A stretch of 64,000 nucleotides of DNA. Source: Histomonas meleagridis 2922-C6/04-290x (taxonomy: Eukaryota > Protista > Parabasalia). A program made the translations under genes and the position numbers. Where the stretch lies: positions 62,001 to 126,000 of the forward strand of contig JAANOX010000232.1 of assembly GCA_020184695.1 (NCBI GenBank), in the 5' to 3' direction. Positions 43,101 through 53,631 of this stretch are shown here, in pieces (positions within the stretch are counted from its first letter, which is position 1; every line of letters begins with the position of its first letter). Under the pieces are notes generated by a model. That model ran no database searches. It saw only the letters and a program-made list of their open reading frames with translations, and was not told where the DNA came from.

Positions 43101-43638
43101 AGTTAAAATTTTACTTAAACAAAAAAGAATTAATATTAACATTAAAGATATTCAAATAAATAACATAATGACTTAATTTATCATTTTGTGATCGAAAATA
43201 ATATTTGGAGATTATTTAAATTAAAGAATACAGCACTAATTTGGGCATCTATTAATGGTCATGAGGAAATAGTTCAAATATTACTTAAACAAAAAAATAT
43301 TGATATTAATACTAAAAATATATATATTTATTAAATAATATATCAATAAAATTTTTTGGATTCCGACATAATATTTGGAATTTCTTTAAATTCATTAAAA
43401 CAGCACTCATAAAAGCAATTGAAAATGAAAAAATAAATGTTATTGAATTACTTTTAAAAAAAGATGACCTTGATATAAATATAAATGATATTAAAATAAT
43501 TTATATAAATTTCATATCAAATAATTAAAATCATAAAATATAATTTGGAATTTATTATAAATAAAGGAAACAGCTTTTACACATGCATCTAAAAAAGGAA
43601 ATATCGATATCATAAATATACTAGAAAAATATAAATAA
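40157..43638 (+). other. DUF3447-ankyrin gene: 411-aa ORF followed by 13 spacer-separated ankyrin units
   Basis: The ORF has GHNPNVISKIIRNDEIEKLQE..IEPSLYERC..LIDYAAFFGSVQCFKYLL. Downstream are 13 in-frame-intact ANK units ending in the cap TAFTHASKKGNIDIINILEKYK* (TAA 43636-43638). Confidence 0.75.
41517..43638 (+). repeat. 170-bp-period tandem array (about 102-nt ankyrin unit plus 68-nt spacer)
   Basis: Unit starts 41517, 41687, 41857, 42027, 42217, 42380, 42550, 42720, 42890, 43060, 43230, 43400, 43570; periods 170 x10, 190 x1, 163 x1. Confidence 0.95.
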
Positions 43639-44498
43639 ATAATTTATATGAATTATTTTTCTAAAATTCAAAACATTTAGCATTTTTATATACATAAATA
43701 CACAAGAATTTTGTTATTAAAATGATTGAGGTCAAAAATTCATTGTTTTTTTTTCCATAATTTCAATAACAATTATATATGCAAAATTACGTTTTAATTA
43801 CCCATAATATTAAAATCTTGATAAAACTTCATCCTTTTAACCAAGTTATTTCCCTTCTGATTTCATTTCTTTGTGCAACATCAATTGATTTTGATAAATA
43901 AAATATAATAAATACTATATTGGAATATGTTTGATAGCATTTATTAAAAACCAATGTATGCTATTTATTATGTTAGTCTTAAAAGCACTTTTTTAAGTGG
44001 GCAACCTTTATTCAATTTGATTAATGCAACACTTATTATATAATAATTACATAAAAATTATCTTGGAATATATTATCTCATACATTTCAGTCAAACAACG
44101 TTATTCAATCTCCAAAAATTAAAAAATAAATTTTTTTTATTATGATCTCTAAAAGAAAAATCGTACGATGAAAAACGTGTAGGTAGGCATTTTAAAATAA
44201 TTAAAGAAAAAGATTTTTTTTGTGTAAACGTTCTCCTTAGTGATAAATAGGAATATTGCGAAAATTACAAAATTAAATCGAAAAAAAAAATTTAATAAAT
44301 ATATATTAATAAATATGCTGTCTATGAATAATACTACAGTGTATAGGTTTTTCACTTCAGTCTATATATATATAATAATAAAATTAAAAAAAATATATAA
44401 AAAGAAAAAGTATTTACAGCAATTTCTATTTCGAGTGATTTTATTTCAGCACAATGAGTCAAAAATTACAAAACTCTCTAAATAAAAACATTTACAAA

Positions 44499-45947
44499 CT
44501 ACACAAAGTCATTTCTTTCCGCCGTTACGTTATCCGCTCTTTGGTTCATTAGAGTTCTTTTTCTTCCTCTTCTTTTTCCCGTTGTTTCGAGCTGCTTCAA
44601 GTTTAACCTTATTCTGTTCACTCCGTAGTACTCCACGACATCTTTCACAGACTTCGTGTGAATACACGACGCGATTTTCTTGAAGTCTTTCGGATGCTGC
44701 GCGTACTTCTCGAGAAAAATCTGCTTCTCCGACTCCGCCCATGCAATCCGCTTCTTGTATTGGATGTGCGCCTGCAATGGGTCCGAAACAAATCGATTTG
44801 TGTCGTAAAGGAGATACGACTCCTTCTCCATGTCGTCCAAGTACATGAATTGATCAGGCGCAACGCCTTTTGGATTCGGAATCTTTTTAACGCGCCGCTC
44901 GAACTCTTTGGGCCACACTGGAACACTCTGACGCGCTTCATTAGAGTACGTGTTAAGAATTGCGCAAAGTTTTTCGTTCATTCGTGAACGATCAACATAT
45001 TCAAAGGCAAGATTAGTCGCTTTAATACGCACTAAATTACGTCGATGAGTAATGGTGGTAAGCATAGGATCTAATAACGGGTCATGACGCTTAATCGTTT
45101 CGGATAAAAAGCGAAGTCCTGAAATATGTGTGTAAACGGTCGCCGTGTCGCGTAAAATGTAAGTTCGGGATGCTTGGAGTGCACGCGAGCGACTCGCGTC
45201 TCGGATGGAAAGAACGCCGTTATGAGGAATAATGAATCCTTTATAGTCTTGGACATTATTGGTGGGATCACGATCTGTCATATTGGCAACGGAAAAGAGT
45301 TTGAGTTGCTTTTGATGCTCAAGTGATTGAATGGTGTTGTTTAGAGATGTGATTTCTTTGTCATATGAATCAATGATTTTTTGGATTTGTTCACGCTTGG
45401 GTAGAAGTGGAAATGGAGCTGAGGGAACAACACGATGTGGTATTGATGGTTTTTGTGGAAGTGCTTTTTTGGCTGCTTCCTCTTTCCATTGACGATTTGC
45501 AACAAATGCTTTGATAATAACTGTGGGATCATGAAATATGGTGTTAATTGTGGTGGCAGTTGTTGTGGATATTTGTGTAGATGTGTCTTTGTTGACTAGA
45601 ATTCTAACAGGTTTTGGATCTGGAGTTGGTTCTATTTTCGGCGGTGGTTTTGGTAACTCCTTGGGATCAGGTCGTGGTTTTACTTGTGGAGTTTTGGGTT
45701 TTATATCAAGTTGCTCAGGAGTAAAGTAATCTGGAATAATGACAAAGGGTACAGTTTTATATTGTTCTTCTTGCTGTTCTGTTACTGGCTTTATTGGCGC
45801 AGTTTGTGGTACCAAACGAACATTATTAAATGAATCGCTTGATACTGTCTGTTTAAGCATCTGAGCACCTTCAGATTTAGCTGTGGGTACTTGTACCGGG
45901 TCAGGATTGCTTTGAGCCGGAATTTGTGGAACTTCTCCTTTCTCCAT
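44499..45947 (-). CDS. NCoR/Snt1-like SANT-domain protein
   Basis: FMYLDD..LYDTNRFVSDPL..KKRIAWAESEKQIFLEKYAQHPKDFKKIAS..KSVKDVVEYY resembles the NCoR DAD/SANT1 region; Pro-rich N-terminus; first downstream ATG at 45947. Confidence 0.75.
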   Translation of the reverse strand: MEKGEVPQIPAQSNPDPVQVPTAKSEGAQMLKQTVSSDSFNNVRLVPQTAPIKPVTEQQEEQYKTVPFVIIPDYFTPEQLDIKPKTPQVKPRPDPKELPKPPPKIEPTPDPKPVRILVNKDTSTQISTTTATTINTIFHDPTVIIKAFVANRQWKEEAAKKALPQKPSIPHRVVPSAPFPLLPKREQIQKIIDSYDKEITSLNNTIQSLEHQKQLKLFSVANMTDRDPTNNVQDYKGFIIPHNGVLSIRDASRSRALQASRTYILRDTATVYTHISGLRFLSETIKRHDPLLDPMLTTITHRRNLVRIKATNLAFEYVDRSRMNEKLCAILNTYSNEARQSVPVWPKEFERRVKKIPNPKGVAPDQFMYLDDMEKESYLLYDTNRFVSDPLQAHIQYKKRIAWAESEKQIFLEKYAQHPKDFKKIASCIHTKSVKDVVEYYGVNRIRLNLKQLETTGKRRGRKRTLMNQRADNVTAERNDFV

Positions 45948-46199
45948 TTCGATGCAAACCCAAAAGAGAAGTGGAAAAAAGCCGCATTCGAACTTCAATT
46001 TTCACAGCATAAACCGCTGCATTTACGGTTTGGCGGAGAACGTTATGTTAAACTGTGGTGCCTCCGAGAAAAAAATGATCAAGTTATTGCACTAGTTCCT
46101 TTTGCTGTTAAAAATAATGAGAGTCAAAAGGTTTCTCATGGTATTTTTTATTTATTTATTTTTTTTTTCAAATCTTTAAAGATTGATCTTAAATATAAG

Positions 46200-46432
46200 C
46201 TGTAGAACAGACAATTTTTAGATTTTAACGCTGATAATATTCTAGCATCTGTTGAATCTTTATCAAATAATTATTCAGCAGAATTTCCTTATTAATTTAA
46301 TTTCGTTGTTCAATTATATACTAATGTTTTACATCAAAAGAGGTTCATAAAATATTTTCGAGTTTTTGAAAAAAATGAAAATGAAGAAATGATAAATCGA
46401 GAATTAACAAGATTAATAGAATTATATGAATG
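46200..46432 (+). pseudogene. Remnant of the N-terminal domain of the DUF3447-ankyrin family
   Basis: DFNADNILASVESLSNNYSAEFPY*FNFVVQL aligns by eye with FNMNENNILETVESTLYFIIQQYPYSFKLIICQL of 40157. Confidence 0.5.
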
Positions 46433-47131
46433 AAATTATATAGTGACTATTAGCTGTCAGTCTCATATGCTATGTATGTTGTTTTGTTAAAATTTGAATG
46501 AATTAGCAAAGTTGAGTGCTGAATGTTCTTCATTTTATATAACGATAGTGGATTTCAATATCATTCAATTAGCTAATCACAGTTACTCAAGCGGTTGTTT
46601 TCAATTTTGAATGTCAATACGGTTAAAATTTACTCAATTTTAGCCAAAACGGTTATATTCAAATATTCATGAACGATGGGTCTTAATTTCTGATATAAAG
46701 TATTGAATTTGGCTTTACTCAAGGGTTATTATTATCATAAATATTATGCCAATTAAGGAGAATTGGGAAAAATTGACCTCATTATTATCAAAAAAAAAAA
46801 AAAAAAAAATTCATGTTTAATTTGGTAAATTCTAATAGTATCTATTTAATGTGCTTCCAAGCATGTCAATGTCAAAAATCATTTGTTTATGCATGTAACT
46901 TTTGTAAAATAGAAATTAAACTGTTTCATTTTCTAAACGATGATGCAACCAATGAAATTAGTTATTAAATAAGGAAGAAATACCTTAAGAACATTTGCAG
47001 AACTCAAAATTTCGATTCAATTTAACCCAAAAGCGATTATTATAAAAAATCCATGCATTATCTTTGTAATGTTGTCTCCAAAAATTTTTTGTTGAAGTTT
47101 TTCTTATAATGCATTTATAATATTTATGTTT

Positions 47132-48141
47132 TTATGTATTTACATTTTGCTTTGTTGGGATATTTGTTATATTGTTATTTTGCTGATTTTCATATGTTTG
47201 TATGTTTATATCAACTTTTGTTTTGATACAATTATTTCGATTGTTTTCTGCATACATTCGATCTTTGAGTTGATTTTGATCATTATTAGCAATATACGCT
47301 TCATTTCTATTTCTTATTGAAAATGAAGATTTGATATTTGTATAAGAGGAATATGAATTAGAATTTTCGTTTGTACTTTTTTTCAAGGAGTAAATTTAAC
47401 ATTTCTGTGTAACCTTTTTGTTGTGCAATTTGAATTGCAGTCAAATATTATTAATACATATTGCAAATTATTAAAACAAATCCAAAATTTTTAAAGCAAA
47501 GTTTAAATTATTAAAACATATATAAAATTATTGAAATATATTCCAAATTATTCAAATGAATAGTTTTTGCATTCACATCAATTCCTTCTTTATCTAAAAG
47601 TAATTTTACTATTTCTATATTATCATTTCTAACTGCTATATGAAGTGCTGTTTCAAATTATTAAAACATATTCCAAATTATTAAAACATGTTCTAAATTA
47701 TTAAAACATATATTAAATTATTAAAATGAATATCTTTTGCATTAGTGTCAATTCCTTCTTTATCTAAAAGTAATTTTACTATTTCTATATTATTATTTTC
47801 GACTGCTATATGAAGTGCTGTTTCAAATAATTTATTTTGATTAATTTCTTCTTCTTTCATTTGAAATACTCTTAAAAAATTTAAGTAAATATCAAATTCT
47901 TGTTTTCGTGATGAAAATGCATTATAAACGATATTACTTATAATAATATTAAATGTATTCGGGAAATTTATATCGAATAATTCCAAGACTTTATTAGCAG
48001 ATTCCTGGAAGTTTCCTTGTTTCCATTTAAACTGAAAAAAGTTTTCTCAAGCTCAATTAGGAATTTCAAGCATGGCGATAAATTATTTGAATTTTTATCT
48101 CCTGTATTTATGTTAATAGTATCATCATTAGGTACATGCAT
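47132..48141 (-). other. Ankyrin gene of the same family (DUF3447 core missing) with 68- and 108-nt spacers
   Basis: N-terminus MHVPND..LIELEKTFFSL, frameshift near 48015, NFQESANKVLELFDINFPNTF.., ANK units at 47821, 47651 and 47441 (terminal TAIQIAQQKGYTEMLNLLLEKSTNEN.., open to 47132). Confidence 0.65.
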
Positions 48142-49808
48142 GTGCTTTGGCGAAATCATAGCCCAACGCTACTTTATATTCAATTTTATATTCATTGAAA
48201 AAAAATTCTGAGAGGTTGAGTAAACCAAAAGAAAAAGGTCCACTCAAATAATTTCAAAATTGAGTCATGTACGTTAATATTATTGTTCAATAAACGGCCG
48301 TAAAATTGTACGTTAATCATTAAAAATCGTTTTCCTCCATGCCTTTTCAAGACTTGAAATAAAATGATACATAACATAAATCCATATTTTAAGTGTGTTT
48401 GTTTAAATTAAGTTTCAGATGCAAATATTCAATTTTAAAATTTTCCTTCTAGTCATTGATCACTTTGTATTTCCATCAAAAATTAATATTAGCAACTTAT
48501 TTTTTCATAAATATGATCTACATTAGTTCTAGTATGTTCCACACTCGTATATCGATATATAAAATTTTATAAGAGGGATTTTTTGTAATGGAATTTCGAT
48601 ATATAAGCTAAATTTCGAAAATCTGTCTTTGTAAAATTTTATAAATGAGAAATTAATTATTTTAATATTTTAAAAATTTCGTTTGATGATTCGTGTAATG
48701 AATAAATTAATTTATGAAATTTCAATATTTTCACAGGTAAAAGTGTCGATTTTGAACCCTGTTTTGACTATTAACCGAATTATCCTTTCAAAGAGCAATA
48801 CTTTTATTTTTACAAAAAAAGTCCTGCTTTGATTTTTTTTAGATTGATTTGTTCGATACAAATTTTATGAATATGCCTCAATATGTATGAATTTATCTCA
48901 GAAATAGACATTGCAACTTATGAATAAAAATCTAAATGAACTAAAAAATGTTTATAACCCCCTTTGTATACAAAGAGAACTTGTACAGTGCTCCAATATA
49001 AACTTTTTGAATATTTTCAACATTTGAATGTTCTTTTTTTAAATATCATTAAATATTTAATGAAATAGTATCATTTTATATGTACTTTTTTCAAACTATC
49101 CTATTCTCTAATATTTTGTGCAAATAAATATTTTTACTGGTTTCCTAGTGGTTTTTGATATTTTCCGATAATTTTTGGTGTTTTTATCCTTTGATTCTTC
49201 GGATATTTAATTGGGAAGAAAACGATCAAAAGTATTGTTTTTTAACGGTCAACTGGTTAGGAAATTTTATAATGAATCGATCAATTTTTGTCACTTTTCC
49301 CAAATGATCAAAGGGGTTAATTATTCTACAGTTGTTGAGCACTTTTTAGTGATCTAAGCCCATTTGATTTTTCTTTGATCGTTGATACCTGAAAAAAAGC
49401 TTTGATCGTTTGCGACTCAAAAAGTGATATACGATATTCTTTCGTTAAATAATAATTTTGAATGAAGTAGTCGTGATAATTTTGTGTAAATAGGTTTGGG
49501 TGACGTTAATCAGATATCACTAATGTATAACAATTAATTTTGATGAATATCATTATTCTCAATCATTAAAGCAGGTGACATTTTCTCCCCATAACTCCCC
49601 TCTGTGCAAATGATCATCCCTCTTAATTTTCAATCGGAGTTAGCAGGCTCAGTCAATTTTGAGATAAAAGTAAAATTTGTGATAACAAAGGGGTTTTCCA
49701 ACGGGTTTACATATTCAAAAGTTGCAAAAAATAAAAATTTCAGCACGATCAAAACTGATCAGTTTTGAGTTAATGATACTGAACAGGTATATAAAGAGAA
49801 ACACCTCA

Positions 49809-51440
49809 ATGCTGACACTTCCAAATTTTGCTCTATCAACGTCAGCATTCAAAAACGTTTCTTTTCATACTACGCGTTCTCCAATTCTCGAACCATTATA
49901 TTCAAAAGATTCCGACTTGGATGACGAACCTTATGACGAAGTTGAAGTGCCAAACAGAATGATGACTGTTACACAGTTCAAAAAAAAGCATCATCGAAAT
50001 ATTCAACTTCCATATCTCCCACTTCTTAAAATCCCTTATGACCAAAATCAAATTTCCCTCTTAGAACAAAAAATAAATCTATGTTGCACTCTTTGCGATT
50101 TCACAGACATAGATGCTGATAAAGAAGCAAAAGCTATCAAAACAGCAACCCTCAAAGAGCTCATGAACATTTTTGCTTCACCAACAATGATTAGGCTTGT
50201 TGCTCCTGAAGCAATTAATAAATTTTTTGATATGATTATTGTCAATATAACACGACCTCTTCCGCCAATCGAATCAAAACACTTTTTTCTTCAAGAGGAA
50301 CCACAGTTAGTAGATGTCGCATGGGCGCATTTATCTTTAGTTTACACATTAGTATGAAAAAATCAGTCCATCAAGCCTATTGATCCACACTTTGATAGGA
50401 AGTTTATAACCACAATTCTTCTTCTTTTACATGCGCCTGATATAAATGAGCGTGAACAAATCACCACATTAATTCAAAATTACATAAAAGATCATCCAGA
50501 AGATGAAAATTATATTCTTTCCAAAATGATATTTTTTGTTAACGAATATCTTGAAGGTAAATGTTATCCATTTTGTATTACACCAATTCTCAAAGTCTTT
50601 ATTCAATTCATCAAATCAAGTGAAAAGCTTGATCCTTTTTATGTTCAAATATATACTGACACCATTATCCATTTACATTCTTCACATCAATTTGTTACAT
50701 TTTATCCACTTCTTACTGAAATAATTGATATCTTTTCAAGTCAAGATCCATCAATTTGTTTACCTATCTTCCGAAAGGTCATAAAATATTGGCCCAAGTC
50801 CCAACCCTCCAAACAAGTACTCTTTATTAACCTTCTCATCTTCATCCTCGAGAGGATCACATCAAACGACTTTTCTGAGATTATCGTTCCGTTATTTACA
50901 CTTTTTGCAAAAGTGGCAACCGAAAAGTACGCTAAAGCTGCTGATGCATCGATGCAAATATGGAACAATGTGTATATTATCCCAAAGCTCATAGATCATT
51001 CATCAACTATATATCCAATAGTTTATTCAGCTTATACAAGAACAATGAATGAACATTGGAACGCAAAAACTAGAAATGTGGCACATAGTACATTAAAGAA
51101 AATGCACGATAATGATCAATTCGTTTATGATAATATGTCATCAATAATATCAAAAACAATTGATCAAGATGTTCGAAATTCGACAATCAAACATAAAAAT
51201 TGGGCTACCATTGCTAGGTGCGCGGCTAAGGTGGATAAGTCTGTAAATTTGGTGAAGGTTCTTGGTGATATACAAATTAATTTTAATTTGGATATATTAA
51301 ATGAGAACGTTTCAACCTCTAACAAACATAAGAAAAACTTTCGTGAACCTTCGGGGTCGAAAAACACATTGGGAACAATAATGAAGGCAAAAAGACACTC
51401 ACAAATTGTGGCGCCTTTTCATAACACTTGGAAATTATAA
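49809..51440 (+). CDS. PP2A regulatory subunit B' (B56) family, interrupted by one in-frame TGA (50355-50357)
   Basis: KINLCCTLCDF..KEAKAIKTATLKEL, NITRPLP, AWAHLSLVY, DINERE, KYWPKSQPSKQVLF, EHWNAKTR. Both track ORFs are in the same frame and the 56 codons between them are open. Alternative ATG at 49773. Confidence 0.8.
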
Positions 51441-51812
51441 CTATTGGTATTGTAATTCACAATACTTGCTCGTAGTAAGTTAGTATTATAGTTTAATACT
51501 AATTTTTGTATCTATCCTATGCGAATAAAAATGTCTATAGTTTAAATATTTAAACTTTTTGCTTTTTTTGCCACAAGCAATGTTTTAACTTCATGTTGAA
51601 TTGGTTAAACTTTCATGAGATATGTGCATCTGCTGATTAAAATATATTTTGATAAAAGTCTATGTGTTTTGGCTTACAGACATGGAACTACAATAAAAGC
51701 TAGTTCAAGGTTTGTCTCAACTGATAATTTTTTTTAGTCATTACGTTACGGTTTTATGTTTGTTGTTGTTTTTATTGTTTTCAATTTAACTACGCTTAAA
51801 CGGTTTATATAG

Positions 51813-53111
51813 ATGAAGACATCCGAATTAATTGATTCGGCACCCCTCATTGATATTTCTCCATCAACAGTTGAAGAAAAAAATGAGGTCGACTTAGATG
51901 ATCGTATATTTCAAGAGCCAACAGAAGAAGATTCTTCATTATTTGGTGCATTTCAAATCTTAATGAATACAGCAATTGGATCCGGAACATTACTTATTCC
52001 TTTTTGCTACAAACTGGGTATTATTTTTGCAATTCTTATGTCAGTAATAATCGGCTTAATTTCACTTGGCTCTTTTTGCATGATGATGGATGCAGCTTAT
52101 ATTACCAAACGTTATGATTTTCGTGGACTTTGGAATCAACTATTTAATAAGAAATTAATTTTTATTCTTGATGTCATCATCTTTTTAGTACAAATTGGCT
52201 CATGTATGATTTATTGCCATTGGGTTGGCCTTTTAGTTAACCGTACACTTGGAATCAAAGTTAAAGTTCTTAATACTGACATCTTTTGGAATTGGGCAAC
52301 AACATTATTATTAGCATTTCCAATGACAATCCCACGATCAATCGCTAAATTAGAAACTTTTGCATCCTTTGGCACAGTGCTAATTATTGTGTTAATTTCA
52401 CATGCTTTGTATTGGCTTATCAAAGATGTTAAGGCTAAAGGCTTTGATCCAAACCATGAAATTCGATGGTTCCATTGGGATTTGTCCGTCTTTATACCAG
52501 CCTTAGGTGTCAATTCCATGTCATACAATTGCATATTAAATTTATTCCCAACACTTGAACATTTACGCAATCCAACAGTTCGCCGTGGCCGCTACTTAGC
52601 TATTATAAATGTTTGCGCATGTTTTGTCGCATATGCCATGTTTGGTATATTTACATATTTAGACAAATTTAATGAACTAAAGGCCTCATCTGCCTTAGAG
52701 TTATATCCACCCAGTAATCCATTCACTATTATTGCAACAATTTGTGTATGCTATATATTATTGTTATCTGAACCATTAGTAATTTGGGCTGCCCGAACTT
52801 CTGTTGATGCTACTTTGTTTAAGGACAAGGAGATGACAAGGTTAAGATGGATTTTGACCGGGTTAATTCTGATTGCTATTTCTGCCGGATTGGCATCTAC
52901 TTCGGATAACATTTTAATCTTCTTCAACATTGTCGGAGGTTTGTTGATCCCTGTAGTGACGCTCCTGATGCCTTCGTTGTACTTCTTAAAGGCAACGCCA
53001 GGCAGAAAGTGGTACCGAACTGTTCAGGCGGGATACACAATCGCGTTCACAATTATCGCGGCAGTGGCATCGACGTGGCAAACAGTGGAAGAAATAATTG
53101 GAAAGAAATAG
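51813..53111 (+). CDS. Amino-acid permease (AAAP/SLC38 family)
   Basis: SSLFGAFQILMNTAIGSGTLLIPF, FTYL, NIVGG..P motif and about 11 hydrophobic segments. Confidence 0.9.
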   Translation: MKTSELIDSAPLIDISPSTVEEKNEVDLDDRIFQEPTEEDSSLFGAFQILMNTAIGSGTLLIPFCYKLGIIFAILMSVIIGLISLGSFCMMMDAAYITKRYDFRGLWNQLFNKKLIFILDVIIFLVQIGSCMIYCHWVGLLVNRTLGIKVKVLNTDIFWNWATTLLLAFPMTIPRSIAKLETFASFGTVLIIVLISHALYWLIKDVKAKGFDPNHEIRWFHWDLSVFIPALGVNSMSYNCILNLFPTLEHLRNPTVRRGRYLAIINVCACFVAYAMFGIFTYLDKFNELKASSALELYPPSNPFTIIATICVCYILLLSEPLVIWAARTSVDATLFKDKEMTRLRWILTGLILIAISAGLASTSDNILIFFNIVGGLLIPVVTLLMPSLYFLKATPGRKWYRTVQAGYTIAFTIIAAVASTWQTVEEIIGKK

Positions 53112-53631
53112 ATTATAGAGAGAAATGATCTATAGTTGGTAAAGAGTTATAAAATCTTTAATATTCATTTTATGTGTTTGTGGATCATAAAAATTCGCTA
53201 ATGATTATGTACATAAGTTATTGCAGGTTTTTTAAACAGATATCAAAATGCCCTTTAATATGTGTGAATATGTTTTATTGAGATTTTAATGTCTTGTGTA
53301 AAACAATGTAATTTCTTCCAAAATTTACTTCGAAAAAACTCAAAGGATATGGGGAAATTTTAACAAATTTTTTAAAGCACTATGTATAATGAGACTCAAA
53401 AAAAAATTCCTGCGCAATAAACTTTAGAAAATTGAGAACCACTTAACGTGCATAAATTTTACAACCAGACTCGAACCTTACATTGTAAGTGCTGTATATA
53501 CAGTACTGAAGTAAGTTCTATTTTTTCTTTATCTATTCACAAGCCAAATTCTTTAGGATGTATAGAAAAAAGTAAAAATAGCATAAAACAATAAAAAGTT
53601 ACAAACATATTTATATATTTTGAATTCGTAA

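Noticed and set aside
41517-43638. CRISPR-like reading of the repeat/spacer array
   Set aside because: Eukaryotic context with no cas genes; the conserved part is about 100 nt of ankyrin coding sequence, and the spacers are related to each other.
45891-46205. 104-aa plus-strand ORF
   Set aside because: Overlaps the SANT gene start and promoter in antisense and has no recognisable motifs.
38176-47830. Strict matched-codon ribosomal bypass (TTT take-off, TTT landing) as the universal explanation
   Set aside because: It fits some junctions (CAT TTT...TTT GAA) but fails for others (take-off TTG or TAG; landing ATT or AAG). Kept only as one open hypothesis.
53461-53480. GGTTCGAGTC on the minus strand resembling a tRNA T-loop
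   Set aside because: No T-stem, D-arm or acceptor stem can be formed.
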